53,324 nt of DNA from Octopus bimaculoides (Eukaryota), in NCBI RefSeq assembly GCF_001194135.2, contig NC_068998.1, forward strand, positions 39,358,503 to 39,411,826, written 5' to 3'. The position numbers and the translations under genes were made by a program. Position 1 is the first letter of the stretch. The number at the start of each line of letters is the position of its first letter. Shown here piece by piece: positions 1 through 12,900 of this stretch. The notes under the pieces are model-generated. The model was given only the letters and a program-made list of their open reading frames with translations. It was not told where the DNA came from and did no database searches.

Positions 1-492
1 GAGCATAATATATCACATAATAAATAAAAAGACCAAATTGATTAATAACAAAAGTTTTTATTGATTGCATTGTTCAATACAAGATACAAATGCGGATTTT
101 GTGTTCTTAAAAAAAAATCTTAAATAGTATTTGTTTAATGTTCTCAGCATGGCTAATGAATGCTTTTTTTTTTTTAATATAAACTTATTTACATGTGTGT
201 GTATGTATGTTTATATATAACAAATACATCATGCAAGATTCATACTAGCCATTTACAACACACATTTATTGTTACATTATTTTTTTTTTATCTTGTATAA
301 TAGTAGAATATCAGAAAATTTCATCATTCCTCTACAGCCTGACTACTGACATACTTTCAGAGATACAATGATACTGTACCAGTGATTAGTTTGTAGATCC
401 ATGATGCAATATTTTGACACTTTATCATATACAATATTATCACAAAATACTTATTTACTACAAAGTATATGTATAGATTTTAATCAAAACTA

Positions 493-1343
493 CAGGGTCT
501 CCCAAAAGTCACTATACACTTTCTTTTTTCTATTTTGTTTCAGGTATCATTCAGAGACGTGAGACGATCAGTATTTGACACCTTAGACTTTGCAGTTTCT
601 GTAAGTGTATCATTCCCTTACCCATGGCACACCATACCACCAGCTTTGGAGAGTCTTGTTCATATTTTAGAATTTCTGCTGGTTTTGATTTTCCCCAAAT
701 CCGACAACTGTGTCAGTTTACCTGACCAGAGAGATGAAAGATAGACTCATCGTTGAACCATAAGTTTTCCAAGAACTGAGAATCATTTTGGTAATGGTAG
801 AGGAGTGATTCACACATTTCCACATGGGCATCATAATCTTCCACTTGAAGCCTTTGAATAACCTGATGTTGGTACAGGTAGAGCTTTATCACTCTCCAAA
901 GCATCCGCTGAGTAAAGCTTTTGTTAATGCTAAGTTCCAGTGCAGCCCTCTGGCTTTTCAGAAACGCCTGCTTAAGGAGTTTGGTGTTTTCATCAATGGT
1001 GGTAATAGCAGGCCATCTGCTGTGTGGTTTGTCAAGAACAGATCCTCTTTCGAGAAACTTGCTATGGATAGCATAAATTGTGCTATCCGTTGGAGCAGTG
1101 TGATGGCCATAAACCTTCTCAAACTTGCGATGAATTGCAGTAGGGGACTGAAAAACTTCTTGCCAGGCAGCAATTTTGCAACACTGCTCTAACGTCAATT
1201 GGTGAGCCATGGGCAAGGGAATGATACACTTACAAAAACTGCAAAGTCTAAGGTGTCAAATGCTGATGGCCTCATGTCTCTCTGAATGATACTTGAAACA
1301 AAATAGAAAAAAGAAAGAATACAGGGACTTTTAGGATACCTTG
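493..1343 (-). mobile_element. Defective Tc1/mariner-superfamily transposon (DD37D-DD41D / rosa-visitor-like transposase N-terminal half) with about 140 bp inverted repeats
   Basis: TA TSDs at 491-492 and 1344-1345; ends CAGGGTCTCCCAAAAGT / ACTTTTAGGATACCTTG. ORF from ATG 1210 has an HTH region and WFNDESIFHLSGQVN, and continues after a stop as HSCRIWG...SPKLVVWCA. Inverted repeats span 493-634 and 1200-1343. Confidence 0.88.
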
Positions 1344-2946
1344 TATATGTGACAGACAGATGTAAACACCTGATCTTGATACATCTTCAGGAACAGAAAG
1401 AAAAAGAGATAAACTAGATCAGTTTCAGTTAAGTGTTGACATTTCATCAGCAACTGAGTATCTTCTAATTATCTTCAAAGACATGCTTAAGTAAATCATA
1501 TACACTGATTTGCATATTATTATGCATTTGGCAGCTAGTTTGATTAATAAGTTATTGGTGTGCAATTACAACATTTTGTTTCAATGCAATTAAGTACTTC
1601 AGAACGTAGATTTTAGCCAATGCTATATGTAATAAATATTAATACCTTGTTTTTATACAGAATATATTTATGGTAACAGGAGGGGCACCAAGCCACAGAG
1701 AACCTGCCTTCACTGAATTCTATCTGACCCATGCAAGCATGGAAAAGTGACTGTTAAAATGATGATGATGTGATTTAATCAACTGACTGGGTAAGTGTGC
1801 AAGACAGTGTTTATAAAGTAAACTATTATCAAAGGCCTAAGTACTACACTAGCAACATAAGATAAATCAAAGGTGAATGTAAAAAGCATGTGTGTTCTTA
1901 AATGGCTGACATGACTCTTCTACAATGTTACTGTTTCAGTTTCAATACACAATCTCAGGTCGAAGCATGCTACCATCACAGGATTTCTTAAACCTAACAC
2001 GTTTTAAGCTCTTGAGAAAGCCCTAAACTGTAAAGCTATCATATGGACATTATAAATAAGGGGACTTGTATTTCTGAAGCAACGTCAGCAGAGATACTGC
2101 TCCACTAGCCAAAAGATTACCAATTCATGTCCCACCATTTGTTCAGCAAGTAAGACACTCACTACTCAACAGCTCAGTCCACCTAACAGTAAATTGGTAT
2201 CATGGGGAGGTACACTGTAAGCAGCAGGACCACTATAATTTCTCATTTTTGTTTTTAATGTCTTGTTTAGTCACAAGAAAAAGACTGTGTGTCCACAATT
2301 AATACGGGCCTTCTGATAGTGTCGTATCCAAAGAAGAGGTGCCCTTCAAATTTACTCAATGCCATTGAAAGTGGTGTCATCTTCACTCCTCTGAAGCACT
2401 TTCTGGCATCAAAGAGGGTTAAAATATATTTAATAAAAAAATTATAAATAAAAATCTATTCTGAAGTGTGTAGGTAGATAATATTGGAAAGAAGATAATT
2501 AGCAAAAACATGCAATATTTTTGAGTGAGAAATATAGAGAAAGTGAAGGGTTTGAATGACAAAGACTTATTAAAAAATAAACCATTTGCAAGAATAAAAT
2601 ATAGATTTGTATAGAAAATAGATATATTTAAGGCATTTAGACTAATTCTAGATGTCTAATTAAAAAAAAAAAAAACGATTTATAAATAAAGTGAAGCAGG
2701 ATAAGTTGAGATCAGAGATAAGAATTTCAAAATTTTTTCTTATAATATTTCAATTTGAAATTCAAAATCAGTAAAACTGAAATGTCATTTTTTAAAACCC
2801 CCCAAAAAAATTTCATATTTTAATTGAAATTCAAACTGAAAATTTTTTATTTTCAAAATTCCAGTTTTCTTTTTTGGGGGTAGTTTCTTTTTTTTCAGTA
2901 TATTTCTATTTAAGTAAAAAGAAAAAGGATTTAATCCATTGCAATT

Positions 2947-3120
2947 TTAACCCTTTTGTTACTAACTGAAATGCATTGCCTTTGTTTCAATTTTGAAAAT
3001 AATGAAAATTTTAATAAAATGATTTTGTTAGTATCAAGGGTGTTTGGAACATAAATTAACAGGAAGTTTGTATCATAGGACCCAGGATGGTCTCAGATGG
3101 GTTGGTATCAAAAGGGTTAA
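2947..3120. mobile_element. piggyBac-type MITE, family F (TTAA-CCCTTTTGTTAC...GGTATCAAAAGGG-TTAA)
   Basis: TTAA flanks and CCCTT/AAGGG termini. Related copies at about 12044-12255, 13667-14316 (interrupted), 44417-44643 and 45000-45220. Confidence 0.7.
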
Positions 3121-3817
3121 TTTATGAAAATATTTCAGTTTTATGAATTTGTAATGTCAAACTAGAAAGTCTATAGGAAAAGAAATTTGAATATTGAAAC
3201 CCTTATCTCTGTCTTAGATATTTACTAGAAACAGTCTCTGAAAACCTGTTTTTTTTTTTCTTTTCTACTCTCCATTGTTGCATTTAGGTAGGGGTTTATT
3301 TTTAAGGCTTAGTGAAGTGGGGGGAAAAAAGGCAATATCCATCACCCATTTATTTATCAGGGCCTCTGAGACTGGTAGATATGAGCTTCAGAATACAACA
3401 CTCACATATCCCAGTCATGGTTTGAACTCATCACCTCTAAGTCAGTAAGTAGTTCAGTTCTATAACCATCTAGCCACTGGATGATACTGACCTCTCTATA
3501 CACAAATGCTTCACTCACTAAACAACAAAGAAAATAAACTGTCACAATAGTAAAGAACAATAGACATATGCTCATTAATTTATATTCTATTATTCTATAA
3601 ACAGTTTCAACCAGAAGTTATAACCATACTGGGGCACTGTCTGTTCAGTTTTTGTTTCCCCTCCCCACTCCTTGGTGACAGATGAGTTAATGAAATTCTT
3701 ACAACAAATGGAGAATAAGGCTACAGATTGTTTGCAGACTGTTCTAGAGAATAGATTGGAAAGAGAGAAAGAGAAAGAGGCACTGAAGCAAGACTATTAG
3801 TTCCTATGGTGGCCAGG

Positions 3818-3932
3818 TTATTTTTTGGTGTGTTCATCATAGGCCTTCTTCAATCGGCGTTTCATTTCACCAGGAAATTTCTCAAAACATGTCTTGCAGA
3901 CAGGTTTCATGTCAAATTCAAAGAATTTGGTT
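3818..3932 (-). CDS. LIMS1: PINCH coding exon 12 ([37 protein letters not shown])
   Basis: ttctattttgacAG|AACC...; TAA at 3820-3818; basic C-terminal tail typical of PINCH. Confidence 0.95.
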
Positions 3933-6900
3933 CTGTCAAAATAGAAGAAAACAAAACAGGTTATCATTTTTTAAAAGCAAAAGAAGTAATAATAATAATA
4001 ATAGTTTCAGGGCTAGCAATTTCAGGGAAGGGTAAGTTGATTATATTGACCCCAGTGTTCAACTGGTACTTATTTTATCAACCCCAAAAGGGTGAAAGGC
4101 AGATTTTGAACTCGGAATGTAAAGATGCTAAGCTTTTCACCCGGTATGCTAATGATTCTGCCAGGTCACCAATTTAATACTATCCTGTAATTCTCATTCT
4201 ATCACAGCCTCTGATTTGTGTTCATATCACTTTCCTGTTGTTTTGAAGCTTTACACTCAGCTAACATTTTAACGCATTCTTATCTACATTGTCACACCTG
4301 CGCTTATACTCTTTTGGAGCTAGTTTGCTGCATTCACTCAAGAGATGATTGATACTTTCACCACCTTTCCTGCAGATTCTACATTTTCTGTCTGACTGAG
4401 TTTTGTCAATCTTTGCCTTTATCAGATTTGTCCTAATGGCTTGTTCCTAAGCGGCTATAATTAGCGTTTCAGTCTCGCATTTTAGGTTTCCATCTGACAG
4501 CTTATTATTATTACTCAGAAGCTGATTTAATTAGAAGCACTATTATCCTGAGGTTCAGTGACAACAAGTCAAGAATTCTTCTTAGAATTCTTGCTGAATA
4601 CAGGATGATAATACATGTCTCTATTCCAATGATATTCAGCCTCTTGGGCAGTATATTATTACTGGTTTTGTTGTTATTTTTATATAAGTGCAGGCATAGT
4701 TACTTCTCAAGCAGATGGTTTGAATTCAGTCCTACTGCATGGCACCTAAAATGAGTGTCTTCTACCATAGCTCTGAGCTTATCAAAGCTTTGTGAATGGA
4801 TTTGATAGGCAGAAATTGAAAGAAGCCTGTTGTGTGTGTGTGTGTATAAATATGTATGTATCTATGTAGGGTTGTCTTCTTGTCTTCACACAGTATACTT
4901 GAAAATGAAAATAACTGCAGCAACTGCAACACCATCAAGGATACACATTCAAGCACACACATGTACATACACACCCAAGCACACATGTAAGTAAATACAC
5001 ACACTATAAAATAGTTTACTTACTTCTGGCTCATCTTCCTGTCACAGACAGAACAAGCAAAATGGTTAACGCACCAGGCTTTGTTAAAGGCAGTAAAGGC
5101 TGCAATAGAAACCAAACACATGTGATTTATTACACTGATTTGAGACTAAACAACAATGACATCAATATAACCATCCAAAAAGAAAATCATTCAACTGGCA
5201 GGAAATAACAGCTGGATCTCACCTCAAATCACAGCCATTTTAAAGAAGCAAATACAAAAAATTTTGTATTATGTAGTTTAACCTTTTAACATTCACATTA
5301 CATTGTCAAATGTAATATTTATTTATTCACACTGTTTTGAATTAATCATACACTATCTTGTAGCTTTGAGATTTTGATGATGCATTTGTTTCCTTTTTGC
5401 ATGGCATTGCAGGGTAGCTGTGAGAGCCCTGATCTGGTTAGTTTGAACACAAAACAGAATATCTGGGCTTAATAAGGCCAGTTTGAATGCTAAAGGGTTA
5501 AGAAAAGAACAGCCAACTGATACAGGTACTGAATAGACAAGAATAGCGTCTTAACTCTGTTCCTTGTTTCATTTGTGTATAGTTACTGTTGACTCATAAT
5601 TTTTAATAAATCCTTTAATTATGGAATTAAATTTCATCGTTATTCTAGTAATAATGTTTAAAATCTACTAAAAAGCAGAATTGGTATTTTCTGCAAATCA
5701 TTTTGTCTCAATAAACTTAACATATCTCAACAAAAAGCAGTTTCAAACATGACATTCCTCAAGAAAAAATAAATTAGTATATAAAACTGCTTTCCACAGT
5801 TAAGGGTCAAGAAATTTTGCATTGATATATCTAATTTCTGCAGTAAAAGGGTTGAGAAGTTTGCTTCCTAGCCACATAGTTTCAGGTTCAGTCTCATGGC
5901 ATGGTACCTTGTGCAAATGTCTTCTACAATAGCCCTGGGTTGACCAAAGCCTAGTGAATGGATTTGGTAAATAAAAATCGACTGTTTTATTATATATCAT
6001 CATTGTTTTAAACATCCACTTCTCCATTCTTGCCTAAGTTGGATAAAGTTTATTGAGGTAGATTTTCTATTGCTGGATGCCCATCCTGTCACCAACCCTC
6101 ACCTGTTTCCAAGCAAGGTAATAATTTTTCATGGCCAGACATAGTCTTGCAGCACATTTGAAAGAATGACACAATTTGTATGATAGTAACAATCATTTAC
6201 ATTTTTACATGATATCATGACAAACTCTCTCTTACACACACAGATATATAGATTTATTTATATATATATATCATCATCATCGTTTAACATCCGCTTTCCA
6301 TNNNNNNNNNNNNNNNNNNNNNNNNNNNNNNNNNNNNNNNNNNNNNNNNNNNNNNNNNNNNNNNNNNNNNNNNNNNNNNNNNNNNNNNNNNNNNNNNNNN
6401 NTATATATGACAGGATTCTTCCAGTTTCTGTCTACTAAATCTACTCACAAAGATTTGATTGGCCTGAGGTAAGAGAAGAAGACACAGCCAAGGTGCTACA
6501 CAGCAGGAATGAACCTAAAACCATGTGGTCAGGAAGCAAATTTCTTGACCATGTAGCCATGTCTGCACCTAGTCATACCTGGTGAGTATGTATATGTGTG
6601 TGTGTGAAGTTTTGTTTTGACATCAAGTGAAAGATGTAAAGGAGTGTCCAATCTTCCATGCAAAAATACCTAACCAAAGGGAAATATTATCTTACTTGAA
6701 ATCAGATGTGTGTTGGCAACAGGAAGGGCATCCGGCTATGAATTCTACATGACCCATGCAAACATGGAAAAGTGGATGTTAGCTTTTAATTTTTACTTGT
6801 TTCAGTCATTGGACTGTGACCATGAAGGGGCACCATTTTCGAATTTTTCAGTTGAACAAATTGACCACAGTACTTAAGATGATGATTAAATATACTTAAC

Positions 6901-9900
6901 CTTGTGGAAATTTAGACAAAGAGCTTACAATCATCATTTTCCACACTTGAATGGGTCAGACGTTATTTCGTTGAGTGGATTTTTTACAGCTTGTTGCCCA
7001 TCCTATCACTAACTTTCATCCGTTTCCAAATAAGGTAATATTTTCCCATGACCAGACATGTGTTCACAGAGAATTGGGAATGAAGAACATTTGCATGACA
7101 TTGACACTTGCTCACAACTATCATGTGATGTCAAGGCAAGGAAACAGTAATAAACATACACACATGATGGGCTTCTTTCAGTTTTAATCAACCAAATCTA
7201 CTCTCAAGACTTCAGCCAGCCTGGGGATATAGCAGAAGATACTTGCCCAAAGTGAAATGCAGTGGGAATAAACCAAGGGGTTGAGAAACAATCTCCTTAC
7301 CACACGGAAACACTTGCACCTGTTTATACTACATATTTCATTCCTCCATATGTAGGTAAAATAGGATTGATCATCTGTCCAAGGAGAGGTTATAAACTTA
7401 TGGCTACAGTGTATACAAACCCAGCTAAACTGGTCTATCTAATTTGCATAACAGTGCATGACACACCAAAAATGTGAGTGGATTAATTAATTAATTCATT
7501 TATTATGTTCTGTATTGAAGCACAATCTACTTACCGTCTCCAGCTACAATATTGTTACAAACGAAGCAAATATTTCCAAATAGCTGCAAAAGAAAATAAT
7601 AATGTTATTAATTATAATAATCATGAGGACGATCCTTTCTACTTCAGGCACAAGGCCTGAAATTTTGGGGGAAGGGGGTAAGTCAATTATAGCAATCCTA
7701 GTGCTCAACTGGTATGTATTTTATTGACCTTGAAAGAATAAAAGGCAAAGTTGACTTTGATGTCATTTGAACTTAGAACAAAAAGAACTGGAAGAAATAT
7801 CACTAAGCATTTTGTCCTGTGTGCACTGATTTTGGAATGAGACCAGTGATTTTGAAGAGAGAGAGGCTTAGTTGGACCTCAGTATTTAACTGGTACTTAC
7901 TTTTAATCACTCTGAAAAGATGAAAGGTACAATTGACCTCGGCATTATTTGAACTTAGAGCAGAGAGAACTAGGACAAATATGTATACTGTAACAACTTT
8001 ATATGCCTCTATATATATACCTCTAGTTATCCGACCATAAGTTTGCTGGATGAGGGCTAACCTGGGACTAAACAACAACAAGTACACCTACCTGATGATA
8101 ATGTATCTCACAGTAAGCCATATTCTTCTTCTCATAATATCTGGTGCCCAAAAATGGTTTCTCACACTTCGCACAGACAAAGTGCTGTAAAGTAAAACAG
8201 AAAAGGAATTAAGTCACTAATTTTAATAGCAGCAGCAGCAGTATCAGAATCAGTAGTAATAGTAGTAGGCTCAGTCCAGTATTATTACCACAGTACATTA
8301 CTACAGTTTTAATCACCTTCAGTCATCATCAGTCACCATCAATCATCATCAACTATCATACTTCCCCCCACTGTTTTAATGTCCACTTTTCCATGATGTT
8401 TGCATGGGTCAGATGGAATTTGTTGAAGATTTTCTAGAGCCATATTTCCTTCATGGCCAGACATGTTTTTATGTAATATTGGAAACAAATGGTACAGCAT
8501 GTTTAATAGTGACACTCATTTACAATTGTTGCTGAAAGACACACACGCACACAATAAGTAGTATAGAATATTGGTTTCAAATTTTGGCACAAGGATAGCA
8601 ATTTTCGGGGGAGGGGATAAGTCAAATACATTGACCCCAGTGTTCAACTGATACTTATTTTAATCAACCCTGAAAGGATGAAAGGCAAAGTCGACCACAG
8701 CAGAATTCGAACTCAGAACATAAAGACAGACAAAATACCACTAAGCATTTTGCCCGAAGTGCTAACGATTCTGCCAGCTCACAGCCTTTAGAATATTAAT
8801 ATTATTACTGCAGTATATTAGTACAATTTAGTACTACGGTATTTGTAACATGTCATTGAGTCAACTTAGAGGAGATGGCAGGTAGGATGAGGGTGTGAGC
8901 TGGAGAGGGTGATGTGGAATGAGGGATGAGCTGGTAAGAGAATTAGATGGTAGGGGAGTGAGATGGCAGGGGTGGTGCAATAGTGGGGGTGAAGTGACTC
9001 GAACAAAGAACAAAATAAAACCAACAACCGATTCTACTAACCTCAACATGCCAGTATTTACCTAAAGCATTTATAACTCTCTCTTCTATTGGTCGTCTGA
9101 AATAAAGAGAAAAAGGTTTATAATGATGATGATGATGACAACGTTGATGATAATGATGATGACAATGACGATTACGATGATGAAACAATGATTATGATGA
9201 TGATGATGACAATGATGATTATGATGATGATGACAATGACAGCAATTACAATGACGACAATACTGATGGCAATGGCCATAATTACAATGACACCAATGAA
9301 AACGATGTTGGTGAAAACAATGTTATGTCAGTGATAATAGTGATTTTGTTTAAGCGATGATAATGAATATTATGATGATGATAAATATGAAGGTTATAAT
9401 GATATTTAATGAGCATGAATAAAATGGTGATGACGATAATGATGCTGTTGAAATGATCTACCTGCAGGCTCCACAGATTGGTATTCCCATCTTGTCATAA
9501 CACCGCAGACAGTAGAGCTCACCATTCTTCTCTCGTGCATCAGCAGTTAGTTCAACACTGAAAAAAAAAGCAAAAATAAATTAATTATAACAAAGATCCT
9601 AATCTAAAAGGCCCCTGGTTCAATGTCAGGTTTTGTCGATTAAATAAATTTTTGTGAGAAACAGAATAACAGAATTGAGTTACGTCCCCTTACATTCCGA
9701 GTCATTATCAATTCGCGGAACATGAGATGTAACATTTAGACGCTTCCTTGTTGGTTTGACAATAAGTAATTAATTAATTGATTTAAATTCACAATATCTT
9801 TTTAGCTCAACATACAAATTTCAGTTCCCAGTGTAAGCATGGCTTTTATGTTAAGAAGTTCACTTCTCAACCATATAGTTTCAGGTGCATTCTCACTCTA

Positions 9901-12900
9901 TGGCACAAAGAGAAAGTGTCTTCTATTATAGCCTTAGGCTGATCAAAGCTTTGTGAGTGTATTAGGTAACTGGAAACTGAAAATATCCCATCATCATTTA
10001 ACGCCCATCTTCCCTACTGAAATTTTTTGGGAAAGAATTAGTCGATTACATCGACCCAAGTACTCAACTGGTACTTATATTTAATAACCCCAAAAGGAGG
10101 AAAGGCAAATTGACCTCTGCAGAATTTGAACTCAGAATGTGAAGATGGATGAAATGTCACTAAGCATTTTGTCCGGCATGCAAATGATTTTGCCATTTCA
10201 CCTCCATGGATTGGATGGTTTAACAGGATCCAATGGGCCCAAGGACTGCATTGTGCTCTAGTGTCTGCTCTGGCATGATTTCTATGGCTGGAATGTCCTC
10301 CTTTATGCCAAACACTTCACAACGTGTACTGGATGCTTTCCGTTGTGGCATTTGCACTGGTGGGGTTGCCAAGCAACTTGCAAGACAAAGAAAAAAACCA
10401 TTGACTGAAAGTAAAACAGAGTCGGGTGCAAGTTGTCTTATTTTTATGTGAAAAATAGAATAGCAGAATTGAGTTACGTCCCCTTACATTCCAAGACCTT
10501 ATCAATTAGTGGAGTCAGGTGCAAGTTGTCTTGTGCTCTTTATAGAGGAACACAAGCACAAATTGTTAGTGGGAGAGGAATAAGCAACTGAAATGATCAC
10601 ACTCCATTACTGGTACATGTTTCACCAAACCCAGAAAGCTGAAAGACGAAAGTCAGCCTCAGTAGAATAGGAATGTAGGGTATAAAGGAACATACCTAAA
10701 TACCCCAGTAGGGTTTACATACTCTTTTACTTGTTTCAGTCATTTGACTGTGGCCATGCTGGAGCACCGCCTTTAGTCGAGCAAATCGACCCCAGGACTT
10801 CTTTGTAAGCCTAGTACTTATTCTATTGGTCGCTTTTGCCGAACCACTAAATGACGGGGACCTAAACACACCAGCATCGGTTGTCAAGCGATGTTGGGGG
10901 GCCAAACACAGACACACGCACATACAAATATATATATATATACATATATACGACGGACTTCTTTCAGGTTCCGTCTACCAAATCCACTCACAAGGCTTTG
11001 GTCGGCCCGAGGCTATAGTAGAAGACACTTGCCCAAGGTGCCACGCGGTGGGACTGAACCCAGAACCATGTGGTTGGTAAGCAAGCTACTTACCAAACAG
11101 CCACTCCTACACGAACAAAACTGATTTAATTTTAAATTGTCTGCTCCTGTTTAAACTTTAAAACTCACTCAAGGCCTAGACTGCCCAACATATTTCTCTA
11201 TATGTAGATTTAAACTCTAGAACAGTCGTGGGCAAAGTGCAACCTCATGACTTCTGTATGACGTGCCTAATGAAAAATTACTTTGAATCTTCTTTAGTAG
11301 TGAGGTCTGCCTGACGATGAGCCATGTCTCATGCAGCCTACTTCTTGAAAAAAGTTTGTCCACGCCTGCTCTAGAATGAAACAAAGGTAATTAAAGTCAC
11401 TTACCCACAACTCTTGCAGTTGAAATGGTATGGATGGTAGGCTTCTTCCTTGAACTTGATGTGGCCTTCCTCAATAATAGAGCTGAAATTTTAAAGTAAG
11501 AAATAATTTTCAACTTCGTTTCTGAGAAAAGGCATTAAAAAGCTTGCAAAGAGCAACAAGAACCTTAACAAAACAAAAAACAAACAAACAAGTGATTAGT
11601 AAGTTGGGACATTTAACCAACTGACTAATAAAGAAGTGGAATTGAACTAGTGCATGTGTTAATATTGGCATAATGACTCTCCCTAGACACAACAAAATAA
11701 TTTTCAGAAGGTTAGGAATTGATTACCACTGCTACCAACAGTTGCCGTCACCACCACCACCAATACACTACCACTGACAGTTCCAGTTTAATAAGAAGAG
11801 TGAACAACAATGACTTATCTTAGAAATGTTAATAGAAACAGTAGTTGTACTTACTGGCATTTATGGCAGATGTATTTTCCAAGACCTTTGGCTTTTTCTC
11901 TAGCATGGCAATCACGACACAGAGCTCTGAGGAAGAATCGAAATAATACAGTATTAATGATATATCATTTGTAAGACATAAGAACAATTTTTGAAAATGT
12001 GAGACATAAAAGAATGAAATAATTGCTGTATATTAAGTATACTTCAACCCTTTTATTATCATATTTACATTGAAATACACTGTCTTTGTTTCAATTAACT
12101 TAGTAAAATAACCTTTTCATTATTAAGTTAGTGTTTGGAACATAAACTAACATCAACTTCTGATGGAAGGTTTTAATTTAGATAACTTTAAAACAAAGAA
12201 ATTTGCATCACAGAAGCAGGGGTAGTCTCAGGCAGGTTGGTATCAAAAGAGTTAACTTGATAATAGAATTGTTGGAACAAAGCCACAGCATACAAGCTTC
12301 TATCATGGCCTTAGCCATGTAGTTGTAAACAAGTGTGAATTTCTCTGTTGTAAAGTGCAGAAGCACAATGTAATTTATAATTATGAATATTGTGGACACT
12401 CTAGATTTTTCTGGTTAGCGTCATAACAGGTTGAGGGTACATCTGGGCGGGTTGTTGGTTTTCCACAGAATAATTGGAGGATAGGGCTGCCATCATGGGT
12501 GATGAGCTGATGTGCTGTGGGTCACTGTTAGTCTGGAACCCTCTCAGGAGACTGGTCCATCTAGGGTGGCTCTACCAGGAGCAAAGCTCCAGGCGGTAAT
12601 GCTCTGTTGGATGTATGATAAACACAAGCCCCCTCACTACGACAAGGGGCTGGCATAGGACTGCCTGTGATGCAGAGCACTGATGGACCTGGTCAACTCT
12701 ATGCATGATAGCATCTCTGGGACCACTAACCTGGGATGACCCCAGCCCCATCAAACGAGCATGAGTAAGCAAGCAATACTGTGGAGGAATATGATTTCTA
12801 TTATCAGTACTTGCTGTAAAATATCCTGCAATTTTTTCACCAAAATCAAGATTAAAATTAGAGATGTGTATAAGACAAGATTTTAAGAAAAAATATAAAA

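Noticed and set aside
824-1192. 122 aa plus-strand and 71 aa alternative-frame ORFs
   Set aside because: Antisense or off-frame to the decayed transposase.
1410-1460. Minus-strand CTGATGA...GAAAC spacing resembling a hammerhead
   Set aside because: Stem II and stem I cannot be paired; chance occurrence.
3806-4177. 123 aa plus-strand ORF
   Set aside because: It is the antisense shadow of PINCH exon 12 running into a SINE; no domain similarity.
10233-10451. GC-richer ORF in intron 6 considered as an alternative PINCH exon
   Set aside because: The sequence is a diverged reverse copy of the RTE-tail repeat; no LIM-compatible frame.
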